A DNA stretch of 27,461 nt from a bacterium (GCA_016932385.1 JAFGCY010000087.1:1-27461); one strand, 5' to 3'. Counted from the stretch's first letter, positions 16,854-25,341 are shown. Notes: generated from the letters alone by a model not told the origin. A program made the numbers and translations.

Positions 16854-18037
16854 TCCTCATCGGAAACAGTCTCGCGCTGCTATCGCAGGATTTCGACTGG
16901 GATATCGTCGGCCCGGTGCTGGCCGGCATCGTCATCCTGATCTCCGCGGTGGCAGCCAAGAAAGCGCAAAAAACCGCCCAGCAGGCGGGCCGTCAAACTC
17001 CCGCGGCCGCGGGAGCACATCACAGTATCAAGGAGCAAGCTATGGCATTCGTACCGATCATTACTGGAAGCGGTGGGCACGGCAATCCGCTGAGCAGCCA
17101 GTCCGCCAGCGCCCACATCCACCCGATCGCCATTTTCTGGTTCGTCGTGTGGCTGATCATCGCCTCGGTGGTCTTCATTTCGTCGATCGTCGCCGGTGAG
17201 TCCGCCAACAACGACACGATCACCATCGTGGGAGTGGTAGCGTTCCTAATCCTGATGGGCGTGTCGTTCCTCTTCCTGTTCTGCCTGAAAGTGGCGGACC
17301 AGTGGGATCGCGTCGTCGTGCTCAGGCTCGGTAAGTTCCACTCCGTGGCGCAGCCGGGCATGTTCTGGCTGATCCCCTTCGTCGATACCGTCGCCAAGTG
17401 GATCGACACCCGCGTGATGACCGCCGACCTGCTGGCCGAGGAGACGCTGACCAAGGACACTGTGCCCGTCGACGTCGACGCGGTGATGTTCTGGCTGGTC
17501 TACGACCCGAAGAAGGCGGCGCTGGAAGTCGAGGATTTCGGTAACGCGGTGACCTGGGCGGCCCAGACGGCCCTGCGCGACCTGATCGGCAAGACCGAAC
17601 TGGCCGAGCTCTTAGTCGGGCGGGATATCCTGGACTCCAAGCTGCAGGAGATCATCGACGAGCGCACCGAGCCCTGGGGCGTGACGGTGCAGAGCGTCGA
17701 GATCCGCGAGATCAAGATCCCCGGCGCGCTGCAGGACACGATGAGCCGCCAGGCCCAGGCCGAGCGCGAGCGCCAGGCGCGCGTGATCCTCGGCGAAAGC
17801 GAGAAGCAGATCGCCAAGAGCTTCTACGAGGCGGCCCAGCAGTACGCCGATAGCCCGACGGCGCTGCACCTGCGCGCGATGAACATGCTGTTTGAGGGCC
17901 TGAAGGAAAAGGGCAGCCTGATGATCGTGCCGTCGAGCGCGATCGACAGCATGAACCTCGGTGCGGTCAGCGGCCTGGCCAGCATGGGCATGCATGCGCT
18001 CAAGCACGACATGCAGGGCAAAGAGCCGCCGGCTTAG
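16850..18037 (+). CDS. SPFH/band-7 domain membrane protein (stomatin/slipin-like).
   Basis: The SPFH core ...QWDRVVVLRLGKF...PFVDTV...VPVDVDAVMFWLVYDP...ALRDLIGKTELAELL...WGVTVQSVEIREIKIP...AERERQAR... is preceded by hydrophobic helices. The ATG at 16850 overlaps the upstream stop. A strong internal alternative start exists at ATG 17042 (AAGGAG, 6-nt spacing), so the N-terminus is ambiguous. Confidence 0.7.
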   Translation: MILIGNSLALLSQDFDWDIVGPVLAGIVILISAVAAKKAQKTAQQAGRQTPAAAGAHHSIKEQAMAFVPIITGSGGHGNPLSSQSASAHIHPIAIFWFVVWLIIASVVFISSIVAGESANNDTITIVGVVAFLILMGVSFLFLFCLKVADQWDRVVVLRLGKFHSVAQPGMFWLIPFVDTVAKWIDTRVMTADLLAEETLTKDTVPVDVDAVMFWLVYDPKKAALEVEDFGNAVTWAAQTALRDLIGKTELAELLVGRDILDSKLQEIIDERTEPWGVTVQSVEIREIKIPGALQDTMSRQAQAERERQARVILGESEKQIAKSFYEAAQQYADSPTALHLRAMNMLFEGLKEKGSLMIVPSSAIDSMNLGAVSGLASMGMHALKHDMQGKEPPA

Positions 18038-18070
18038 GCATAATCAACGTAGCTATCCAGTAATAACGGC

Positions 18071-18108
18071 GGGACGGGGGCCGCAAGGCTCCCGTCCTGT
18101 TGTGTATT
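18071..18108 (+). terminator. Possible terminator hairpin after the SPFH gene.
   Basis: gggacggg...cccgtcc stem followed by a T-rich ctgttgtgtatt. The loop is long, so this is a weak call. Confidence 0.3.
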
Positions 18109-18170
18109 AGCATATTCGTTCCTTGCCGGCGCACGGTGACGAGCCGCAACCCGTCTGCATCACACTATAC

Positions 18171-20072
18171 ATGGGACGCAAACACTTACGCATGCTGCTG
18201 TTACCGCTTCTCGCCGCTCTGATCCTCGGGGCAACGCTCTGCTTGCCCGCGGCTACCGGCGCGGCGGCCGGCCCGGCGGCGGGTTATTACCTCGGCGCGA
18301 TCGAACTGCCGGGCCGCACGATTGAGACGCGGCTGGTCCTCTCGCGTAGCAACGGCGGCGAGTGGACAGCGGCCTTCGATTTCCCGGGGCTGCAGATCAG
18401 CGGCCTGCCGACGGAGGAAATCACGATCGACGACGGCGGCCAGGTTTATATCTCCCTGCGCTTCGCGGAGGAGGATCTACTCGTCGAGTTCTCCGGCAGT
18501 TACGATGCCGCAGCCAATACCATCACTGGCAACTATTTCCAGTCCGGCATGAGCTTCCCCTTCAGCCTGGCCTTCGGCGATCCGCACGCCGCGGCCCGGG
18601 CCGCCGCGACGCGGCTTGCCGACCTGCGCAAGCTGGTGCCCGAGTGGCTGCCGGCCTGCCGCACGCCCGGCGCGGCAGTCGGCGTGGTGATGGACGGCGA
18701 GGTGATCTTCAGCGAGGGCTTCGGCCTGCGCGATATCGAAAACGAGCTGCCGGTCACGCCGCAGACGCGCTTCCACATCGCTTCCGTGACCAAGACCTTC
18801 ACCGCCACCCTGCTGGCGCAACTGGTCGACGACGGCCTGCTCGACTGGGACCGGCCGATCATCGAGTACATCCCCGACTTCGCGCTGTACGACGAAACCG
18901 CCACCGAACACTGCACGTTGCGCGATCTGGCCTGCCACCGCACCGGCCTGCCCCGCCACGACCTGGTCTGGCTCGGCCACGCCGGCTTCGACCGCGACGA
19001 GTTGTTCGCCGCGCTGCGCTACCTGGAGCCCAACGCGGACTTCCGCAACCAGTGGCAGTACTGCAACCTGACCTTCGCCGCCGCCGGCGTGGTTGCCGAG
19101 CACGTGACCGGCGAGCGCTGGGAGGACCTGGTTCAGGCGCGGCTGCTCGATCCGCTGGGCATGACGGCCACCACGACCAGCGTCGCGGCGATGGAGCAGG
19201 CGACGGACTTCGCCCGCGGCTATGGCAACACCGGCCCGGCGCTGGATGACTACAGCAACTACACGCCGGTGGGCCACTTCGCCGCGGACTGCGTACCGGC
19301 CAGCGGCTCCCTGCAGTCCAGCCTGGAAGACATGCTCAAATACCTGGACTTCCAGCTGACGGGGATGGCCGGCGGGGAGCGGATCATCTCCGCCGAGCAG
19401 TTGACGGAGATCCACCTGCCGCAGATGGCGATCGGCGCCCTCACCATGGCCAGCCAGGAAACGCCGGTGCTCAACGGCGGCCTGGCCTGGGCCGTCGGGC
19501 CCTACCGCGGCTATTACTCGGTCTTCCACGGCGGGATCATGGACGGCTGCACGGCGGAAGTGATGCTGATCCCCGAGCTCAAGGCTGGGATCGTCGTCCT
19601 CACCAACGGCCAGTTCAGCGCGCTGCCCAAGGCGCTGACTCACGAGATCGCCGACCGGCTGCTTGAGCTCGAACCGTCGCAATCCGTCGACCGGATCATC
19701 GCCGTCCTGGACCAAATGGGCGGGGGCGAGATGGGCGGCACACCGGTTATCGGCGCGCAGCCGGAAACCGCGTCGCCGTTGCCGCTGGCAAGCTACGCCG
19801 GCGTGTACGCGCATCCCGCCTACGGCACGATCTCGATCATCGCGCGCGAGGACGGCCTGGCCGGCACCTACAACGGCTTCGCCTACGTCTTAACTCATCT
19901 GAAGGACCACGAGTTCATCATGGCGCACGACCCGGCGGACGAATCGCCCTATCCGCCGCTGGCCGGTAACCTCCCGCTGACTTTTATGCTGGCCGACGAC
20001 GGCACGGTGCATGCCGTCTCAAGCCTCCTGGAACCGGCGGTCAACCCGATCGAGTTTGCGCGAGGAGCGTGA
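18171..20072 (+). CDS. Secreted serine hydrolase of the beta-lactamase/transpeptidase fold (class C beta-lactamase or PBP-like esterase family) with extra N- and C-terminal domains.
   Basis: The ATG at 18171 gives the signal peptide MGRKHLRMLLLPLLAALILGATLCLPAATGAAAG. The SxxK motif is in FHIASVTKTFTATLL, within a catalytic region of about 350 aa. The TTG at 18123 is the first in-frame start, but the ATG is favoured. Confidence 0.8.
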   Translation: MGRKHLRMLLLPLLAALILGATLCLPAATGAAAGPAAGYYLGAIELPGRTIETRLVLSRSNGGEWTAAFDFPGLQISGLPTEEITIDDGGQVYISLRFAEEDLLVEFSGSYDAAANTITGNYFQSGMSFPFSLAFGDPHAAARAAATRLADLRKLVPEWLPACRTPGAAVGVVMDGEVIFSEGFGLRDIENELPVTPQTRFHIASVTKTFTATLLAQLVDDGLLDWDRPIIEYIPDFALYDETATEHCTLRDLACHRTGLPRHDLVWLGHAGFDRDELFAALRYLEPNADFRNQWQYCNLTFAAAGVVAEHVTGERWEDLVQARLLDPLGMTATTTSVAAMEQATDFARGYGNTGPALDDYSNYTPVGHFAADCVPASGSLQSSLEDMLKYLDFQLTGMAGGERIISAEQLTEIHLPQMAIGALTMASQETPVLNGGLAWAVGPYRGYYSVFHGGIMDGCTAEVMLIPELKAGIVVLTNGQFSALPKALTHEIADRLLELEPSQSVDRIIAVLDQMGGGEMGGTPVIGAQPETASPLPLASYAGVYAHPAYGTISIIAREDGLAGTYNGFAYVLTHLKDHEFIMAHDPADESPYPPLAGNLPLTFMLADDGTVHAVSSLLEPAVNPIEFARGA

Positions 20073-20111
20073 TCGGGATTGAGGATTGATCAGCTGTAAT
20101 TAACGCGCCAC

Positions 20112-20912
20112 TCATCCCAGAATATGCTTGCCGCTCGGTTCCAGTTCCGGTACGGGCGGATTGAGCTTGATCCGCTGGTAGACCAGCTTCAGCTTCTCGA
20201 CCAGGTGGCGGTTGACCAGCTTCTGGCGGACGCATTCCGGCCAGATCAGCTCGCGGAACTCGATGATCTGCGGCATAACCTGCATGCCGTTGATCGTATA
20301 CTCCACATCGCGCGGGGTGGCCCGGCCGGTCAGCAAGAGCAGCATGATATTGACGCGCTGCCACTTGGCCTGGCCCAGCAGATGCGTCGGGCGGGTCAGC
20401 AGCACCTCGTAGGCCTGGCGCAGGATCTCCTCGTCACGCTCGGCAAAGGCCCAGCCGGCGATGTTATGCCAGAGGAATTCGTCGCGGTTTAGGTTGGGCA
20501 GATCCTTGATCAGCGCGATCAACTCGTCGCGCGTGAAGGTCGAGCAGCCGTACAGGCGCCCGTTGCAGCGTAGGCTGGCCAGCAGGCGGCAGCGCTGGGC
20601 CTCGCCCGGTGGGGTCTGGGCGGGCTGGATGAATAGCTTGTGCACCTGCTTGTAGATCTGGCAGGCGGCTTGGCGCGACTGGCACTGCAGCGCGATCGTG
20701 AACTCGTACCACTTGAGAATATACGTCATCAGTTCCCGTTGCGCGATCGTCAGCTCCAGTTCCTCGACCCGCTGCCAGGCCTGTTTGAGAGCCGCGGCCG
20801 CTCCCTGCCGGTCGTTGGCGTAAACGCGCGCGCGGATCGCGCTGATTACTTCTTGATACCAGTCCTGATTCTCGATCGCATAGCCGGAAACGCCCACACT
20901 ATTAATATACAC
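20112..20912 (-). CDS. Hypothetical soluble helical protein, paralog B. The start is uncertain: GTG at 20912 or at 20898.
   Basis: The long ORF 20112..21566 is only believable for its C-terminal ~265 aa. The upstream Arg-rich part is the reverse frame of paralog A. The real protein aligns with paralog A over ...QDWYQEVISAIRA... LKWYEF ... ERDEEILRQAYEVLLTRPTHLLGQAKWQRVN... PQIIEF. Confidence 0.45.
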   Translation of the reverse strand: MYINSVGVSGYAIENQDWYQEVISAIRARVYANDRQGAAAALKQAWQRVEELELTIAQRELMTYILKWYEFTIALQCQSRQAACQIYKQVHKLFIQPAQTPPGEAQRCRLLASLRCNGRLYGCSTFTRDELIALIKDLPNLNRDEFLWHNIAGWAFAERDEEILRQAYEVLLTRPTHLLGQAKWQRVNIMLLLLTGRATPRDVEYTINGMQVMPQIIEFRELIWPECVRQKLVNRHLVEKLKLVYQRIKLNPPVPELEPSGKHILG

Positions 20913-20971
20913 ATTCTGGCGTTCTTCACTCCGTTTTACCGGAGTATAACCTGCTCTGCCAAGACCGGCAC

Positions 20972-21775
20972 TCAGCGCGGAGTGCGCGTCGTCTTGGTGC
21001 GGCGTTCGGGCTTGGGGACCGGCGGCAGGTCGATATCGATCTCTTCGCGCTTCATGTTGAGCAAGGCGGTCAGTTCCGCGTCGACCAAACCGGCGGCCTG
21101 GCAGCGCGGCCAAATCTGGCCGATGAATTCGAGCAGCTGGGGCTTGACCTGCTGCGAATAGACAACCGCTTCGACATCCTCCCGCGTCGCGGTGCCGGCG
21201 ACCAGCCGGTAGAGCAGGTTGACCCGCAGCCATTTGGCTTGCCCCAAGGTCTGGCTGGGGTGGGTCAGCATCACCTCGTAGGCGCGCTCCAGAATGTCCC
21301 GCTCGTTGTGCTTGAACGCCCACATCGCCAGCGACTGCCAGATCACCGGATCGGCTTCGACATCGGGATGCAACGAGATGATCTCGTCGACGATCTCGCG
21401 GGGCAGCGCGGCAAAGCCATCTTGGTCTTCCTCGCAGCGCAGCAGCAGGTACATCCGCCACCGCTGCAACTCGGCCCGGGCAAAGGCTTGCGTCTGGGAA
21501 AACCGTTTCCTGAATTCGGCGAACAGCTTCGCGACCGCCTCGGGCTCGGTGGTTTCCATCCGGCACAGGTTGAACTCATACCAGTCCAGCGCCAGCCGGA
21601 CGGCGGCGGCTTGATCCTCCGGCAGCGCGCCGAAATCCAGGGATGCGCGCGCCTTGGCGATCAACTCACGGCAGCGAACGGGGTGATTGCCGTAAATCGC
21701 GGACACAATCTGCCGGCTCCATGTACTAGTCCAGTCTTGGTAGGCCTGATCCGTGAATAATTGAAATTGCGACAT
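20972..21775 (-). CDS. Hypothetical soluble helical protein, paralog A.
   Basis: 267 aa with ATG start. It shares YQDW, LDWYEF, ERDILERAYEVMLTHPSQTLGQAKWLRVN and PQLLEF blocks with paralog B. No TM segments and no domain I recognise. Confidence 0.6.
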   Translation of the reverse strand: MSQFQLFTDQAYQDWTSTWSRQIVSAIYGNHPVRCRELIAKARASLDFGALPEDQAAAVRLALDWYEFNLCRMETTEPEAVAKLFAEFRKRFSQTQAFARAELQRWRMYLLLRCEEDQDGFAALPREIVDEIISLHPDVEADPVIWQSLAMWAFKHNERDILERAYEVMLTHPSQTLGQAKWLRVNLLYRLVAGTATREDVEAVVYSQQVKPQLLEFIGQIWPRCQAAGLVDAELTALLNMKREEIDIDLPPVPKPERRTKTTRTPR

Positions 21776-21854
21776 CGATCGCGACTATAGTAGCGCAAAG
21801 CACTGTGGCGGCGGATCAACCCGTGGTGAACGCAGCGGTGCTTCCGGTGGCGGG

Positions 21855-22673
21855 CTATTCGCCCAGCCAGCTGCGGTCCTCGGCGTGGGTCAGCTCCTCC
21901 TCACCGACGGCCTGGATAAACACGTCCTCCAGGCTCTCGTAATCGGGCCGCGCGCGCAGGTTGGCCATCGTGTCGCTGAAGACGATCCGCCCGTGATGGA
22001 TGATCGCCACGCCGGTGCAGATGCGCTCGACAACCTCCATCACGTGGCTGGAGAACATGATCGTCGCGCCCTCCTCGACCCGGCGGCGCAACAGGTCCTT
22101 GATCAGGCGCGCGGTGACGGTGTCGATACCGGTGAACGGCTCGTCCAAAAACAGCACCGGCGGCTGGTGGATCAGCGCGCAGGCCAGCGCGACTTTTTTA
22201 CGCATGCCCTGGCTGTAGTCGACGATCAGCCGGTCGGCGTCGCTGGTCAGCGACAAGAGGCCCAACAGCTCCTCGCCACGCCGGTCGGCCTCAGCGGTCG
22301 AAAGGCCGTAGAGCTCGCCGATGAAGCGCAGGTGCTCGCGGGCGGAGAGGCGCTCGTAAAGCATCGGCTCCTCGAGCATCACGCCGATGCTGGCCTTGAC
22401 GCCGAGGTTGTCCTGGCGCAGGTCGTGGCCGGCGACCTGGATGCGCGCGTAGTCGGCTCTGAGCAGGCCGCAGAGCACGCGGATCGTGGTCGACTTGCCG
22501 GCGCCGTTGGGGCCGAGAAAGCCGAAGAACTCGCCCTGGGGCACGGCGAAGCTGATGTCGTCCACCGCCAGCAGCTTGTCGAAGCGCTTGGTCAGGTGGT
22601 CGACCACGATCGCGTACGGCCGCGCCGGATCGGCGGGCGTCGGTCGGGTCTCAGGGGGCGCCGGTATCTCCAC
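21855..22673 (-). CDS. ABC transporter ATP-binding protein (ABC-2/drug-exporter type), with no permease gene adjacent.
   Basis: Walker A GPNGAGKST, Q-loop, signature YSQGMRKKV, Walker B VLFLDEP, and an H-loop. GTG start with a Pro/Ala-rich N-terminal extension of about 30 aa. Confidence 0.85.
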   Translation of the reverse strand: MEIPAPPETRPTPADPARPYAIVVDHLTKRFDKLLAVDDISFAVPQGEFFGFLGPNGAGKSTTIRVLCGLLRADYARIQVAGHDLRQDNLGVKASIGVMLEEPMLYERLSAREHLRFIGELYGLSTAEADRRGEELLGLLSLTSDADRLIVDYSQGMRKKVALACALIHQPPVLFLDEPFTGIDTVTARLIKDLLRRRVEEGATIMFSSHVMEVVERICTGVAIIHHGRIVFSDTMANLRARPDYESLEDVFIQAVGEEELTHAEDRSWLGE

Positions 22674-22769
22674 GGCAATGATTATAGCGGTGCGGCCAAC
22701 AACACATGTGTCTCTGCTATCCTGTGGCCACCATCTGCAAATCAGATGGTAGCACCGCCATTGCGCAGC

Positions 22770-24416
22770 CTACTCCGCTGTTTCCTGCTGTGAATAGCGA
22801 TTCGAGCTTTTCACATCTATTAGCCGGAACAAACCTGGCACTGCGGACATTGTCGCGGTAAGATCCTCGATTAACGCCGGATCATTACAGTGTACTTTCA
22901 TGTGAAACCGGACTGGAATACCGCCTATCTCGAATACAGATCTCTGAATCCTCGAATTGGGATCAGCCTCATACATCCCGGCGGCATGCTCCGCGTACCA
23001 CAGTCGGGAGGCTTCACGAAGTCTTGCCGCCAACTCCTCCGCCTGCGCCCGTTCCTCGTCGGAAAGCTCGGGAAGGGATCGATACTCGTCACCCATCCGC
23101 GTCGCCAGATCGAGATCCCGCGCACGCTTGCTGTCGAATTCCTCGCGCGCAACTTCCAGCCAGTTATGTTCACCGGGAGCCACGTTTTCCGGATTGATGT
23201 TTGCCTCAATGTAGGCTGCCCTTTCCCTGATCTCCTGCCAGTCCTCGTCCGTCAGCTCCGGCAAGCTCTTGCGGCCCTCTTTGATCAACTGCTGTTGCCG
23301 GGCCTGCAGCTGGTCGTACTTTTCCTCGGGTACCAGATATACGCAAAGCATGTGTAAGTCAACCGGAACCGGATTGCCCTCCAGCTCCTCTTTATGTTCC
23401 AAAAACCAGGCAAAGCCCTTCGCTTCCTTGACCAGTTCCAACACCGGATCTCGCCAGGGATACGCCACATCCTCGTCATCCAGCTCAAACTCAATTGATG
23501 AATGAAGCAGCTCATACCTCGTTGCATCGTCAACGTCGATGGTCTGGCGAATTATTGAGTATTCCAGTGCTCCATCGGATGACCTTTCTACCCGATACAC
23601 GGCACAATCACCAAAACGCTCATCAACGCCGAAATGTGAATGTCCTGAATATGTAGGATGGTGTAAGTAGGAATCTCGGGCGATTCTTCTTGCCTCATCG
23701 ATCGTGAAATCATAGGGGAACGAATATTCAATGCCATCAAACCGGACTTTGAATTCCGCGTAAAACAAATAAGGATATTCATGGCTGTAATACACGGTCT
23801 GGCTGAAGATCGTTGGCTGCGGATAGCCGGTCTGGGCAACGATGTATGCAGCCAGCTGTTCAACCAGCTCCTGGTCGGCCACGGCCATCAGCACGTGGAC
23901 CTCGTATTTCGCATCCGGCTCCTGTAAGCAACTAGGAATAAAACTGACGCTAGCCACGGGCAATCCTACGATCGCTGACGTCAAGTCAGCATGCTCACCC
24001 TGCCAGCTGTTGACCGCCGCCTCGATAGTGATGCGCGGATGATCTTCCGCGAAGTAATCCGGTGCGTCATCCCAGCTCGCATACGGCACTTCGAACTCGA
24101 TCACATAGCCCGCGGTGCTGGCCCAGGCGGCGTTGATGAGCGTCGGTCCCTCTCCCGCCTCGATCGAAGTGCCACGCGGGTCGATCCGCGACGACAGCGT
24201 GAGGCCGGCTGCCAGCAGCACCGTGACCGCCGCGGCCATCGCCGCGCGGTATCCCCACAGCCGCCGCGAGGTCTTCCGGTCGGCCGCGATCCGCGCGGCG
24301 CGCAGCCGGGCCCCGTCGGTCAGCCGGTCCCGCGCGGGCGCCGGCGGCACGGACCCCTCAAACGACCGCGCCCAGTCGTCCAGCTCGCTGTCCAGGTGGT
24401 TTTGTTCATCCGTCAT
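22770..24416 (-). CDS. Putative anti-sigma factor. It has a short cytoplasmic N-terminus, one TM helix, and an extracytoplasmic domain of about 480 aa of unknown fold.
   Basis: The start ATG abuts the sigma-factor stop (TAAATG). A ~60-aa N-terminal segment is followed by the TM AAMAAAVTVLLAAGLTLSS. The C-terminal domain is rich in Glu/Asp/Tyr, has a duplicated SLPEL(T/S)DE... motif, and has markedly lower GC than its own 5' end. Confidence 0.6.
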   Translation of the reverse strand: MTDEQNHLDSELDDWARSFEGSVPPAPARDRLTDGARLRAARIAADRKTSRRLWGYRAAMAAAVTVLLAAGLTLSSRIDPRGTSIEAGEGPTLINAAWASTAGYVIEFEVPYASWDDAPDYFAEDHPRITIEAAVNSWQGEHADLTSAIVGLPVASVSFIPSCLQEPDAKYEVHVLMAVADQELVEQLAAYIVAQTGYPQPTIFSQTVYYSHEYPYLFYAEFKVRFDGIEYSFPYDFTIDEARRIARDSYLHHPTYSGHSHFGVDERFGDCAVYRVERSSDGALEYSIIRQTIDVDDATRYELLHSSIEFELDDEDVAYPWRDPVLELVKEAKGFAWFLEHKEELEGNPVPVDLHMLCVYLVPEEKYDQLQARQQQLIKEGRKSLPELTDEDWQEIRERAAYIEANINPENVAPGEHNWLEVAREEFDSKRARDLDLATRMGDEYRSLPELSDEERAQAEELAARLREASRLWYAEHAAGMYEADPNSRIQRSVFEIGGIPVRFHMKVHCNDPALIEDLTATMSAVPGLFRLIDVKSSNRYSQQETAE

Positions 24417-24956
24417 TTATTCACTCCTCTTCACGTCCGCCAGCCGGCCGCCCGGTGCCAGCGCGCGGCTAAGCACCAGGCGCGCGCGATGCAGGCGCAC
24501 CTTGACCGCCGCCGGCCGGATCGAAAGCACCGCGCCGATCTCCACGCTGCTCAGGCTGTGCAGGTAAAAAAGCTCCACCACCTCGCGCAGGGCTGGCGCC
24601 AGATCCAGCACCGCCGTGGCCAGCTCCGGCGGCAGGCCGCCGTATGGGTCGGCTGCCGGATGCTGGCCCTTCGTCCCCGCCCAGTCCGCCGGATCGCTGT
24701 CCGTCGTCTCGATCCCGCCTCGGCGCTTGCGCATCAAAAACCGCGTACGCACGATCCTCAGCAGCCAACCCTTGAACCGCGCCGGATCGCGCAGCTGGGG
24801 GAAGCTCAGCCAGGCGTGGGCCAGCGCTTCCTGCAGCAGGTCCTCGGCGTCCTCCGCCACCCGGCACAGCTGCCAGGCATAGCGCCAGGCCGCCTGGTAG
24901 ACGTGCTCAGCCAGGCAGGCATCGAACCGCGCCGAGTTTTCTTGGTGGTCACCCAC
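24417..24956 (-). CDS. ECF-type RNA polymerase sigma-70 family factor.
   Basis: Region 2: AEDLLQEALAHAWL ... FKGWLLRIVRTRF. Region 4 HTH: LAPALREVVELFYLHSLSSVEIGAVLSIRPAAVKVRLHRARLVL. About 180 aa with a GTG start. Confidence 0.8.
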   Translation of the reverse strand: MGDHQENSARFDACLAEHVYQAAWRYAWQLCRVAEDAEDLLQEALAHAWLSFPQLRDPARFKGWLLRIVRTRFLMRKRRGGIETTDSDPADWAGTKGQHPAADPYGGLPPELATAVLDLAPALREVVELFYLHSLSSVEIGAVLSIRPAAVKVRLHRARLVLSRALAPGGRLADVKRSE

Positions 24957-25122
24957 GTATATACAGATGCGGTTTTGCTACCGGCGGGTTACATTCGCCA
25001 GGATAATTCGTGCAACCTGGATGGCGTCCTATGTCAAAGGCGCAGCGCTAATTACATCCGCGATTACAATTCAATTGTTCGGCGCCGGCGGCCTTGGTCC
25101 CGCCCGGGCTGGCCCGTTCGAG

Positions 25123-25341
25123 TTACTGGTTCTGCGGATGCGGCGGCCAGGGCCCCACGGTATCATCGTAATTATTGGCCCAGTAATTGGCGCAGGTCGC
25201 ATCGGTCAGCAATCCCGACGGCGGCGGATCCAGGAAGTTGAATTCAGCCCGAATGCTTTCCAGCCGTCCCTCCGCGGTGGCCTGATGATGGTTGGGGACT
25301 TCATTCATATACCAGTCGTATTTCTCCTGATAATCAGCCAT
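25123..25341 (-). CDS. Small hypothetical protein (72 aa), rich in Trp, Tyr, Asn, Asp and Pro.
   Basis: The ATG is preceded by TAGGAGTAATC, a strong Shine-Dalgarno-like sequence with good spacing, and by an AT-rich promoter region. The translation MADYQEKYDWYMNEVPNHHQATAEGRLESIRAEFNFLDPPPSGLLTDATCANYWANNYDDTVGPWPPHPQNQ has no signal peptide. The opposite-strand ORF 24967..25353 looks non-coding. Confidence 0.5.
   Translation of the reverse strand: MADYQEKYDWYMNEVPNHHQATAEGRLESIRAEFNFLDPPPSGLLTDATCANYWANNYDDTVGPWPPHPQNQ

Noticed and set aside
20112-21566. The 484-aa ORF presented as one gene.
   Set aside because: Its N-terminal ~220 aa are the Arg-rich reverse frame of paralog A (20972..21775). 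Only the C-terminal ~265 aa align with paralog A, so the gene was truncated to start near 20898-20912.
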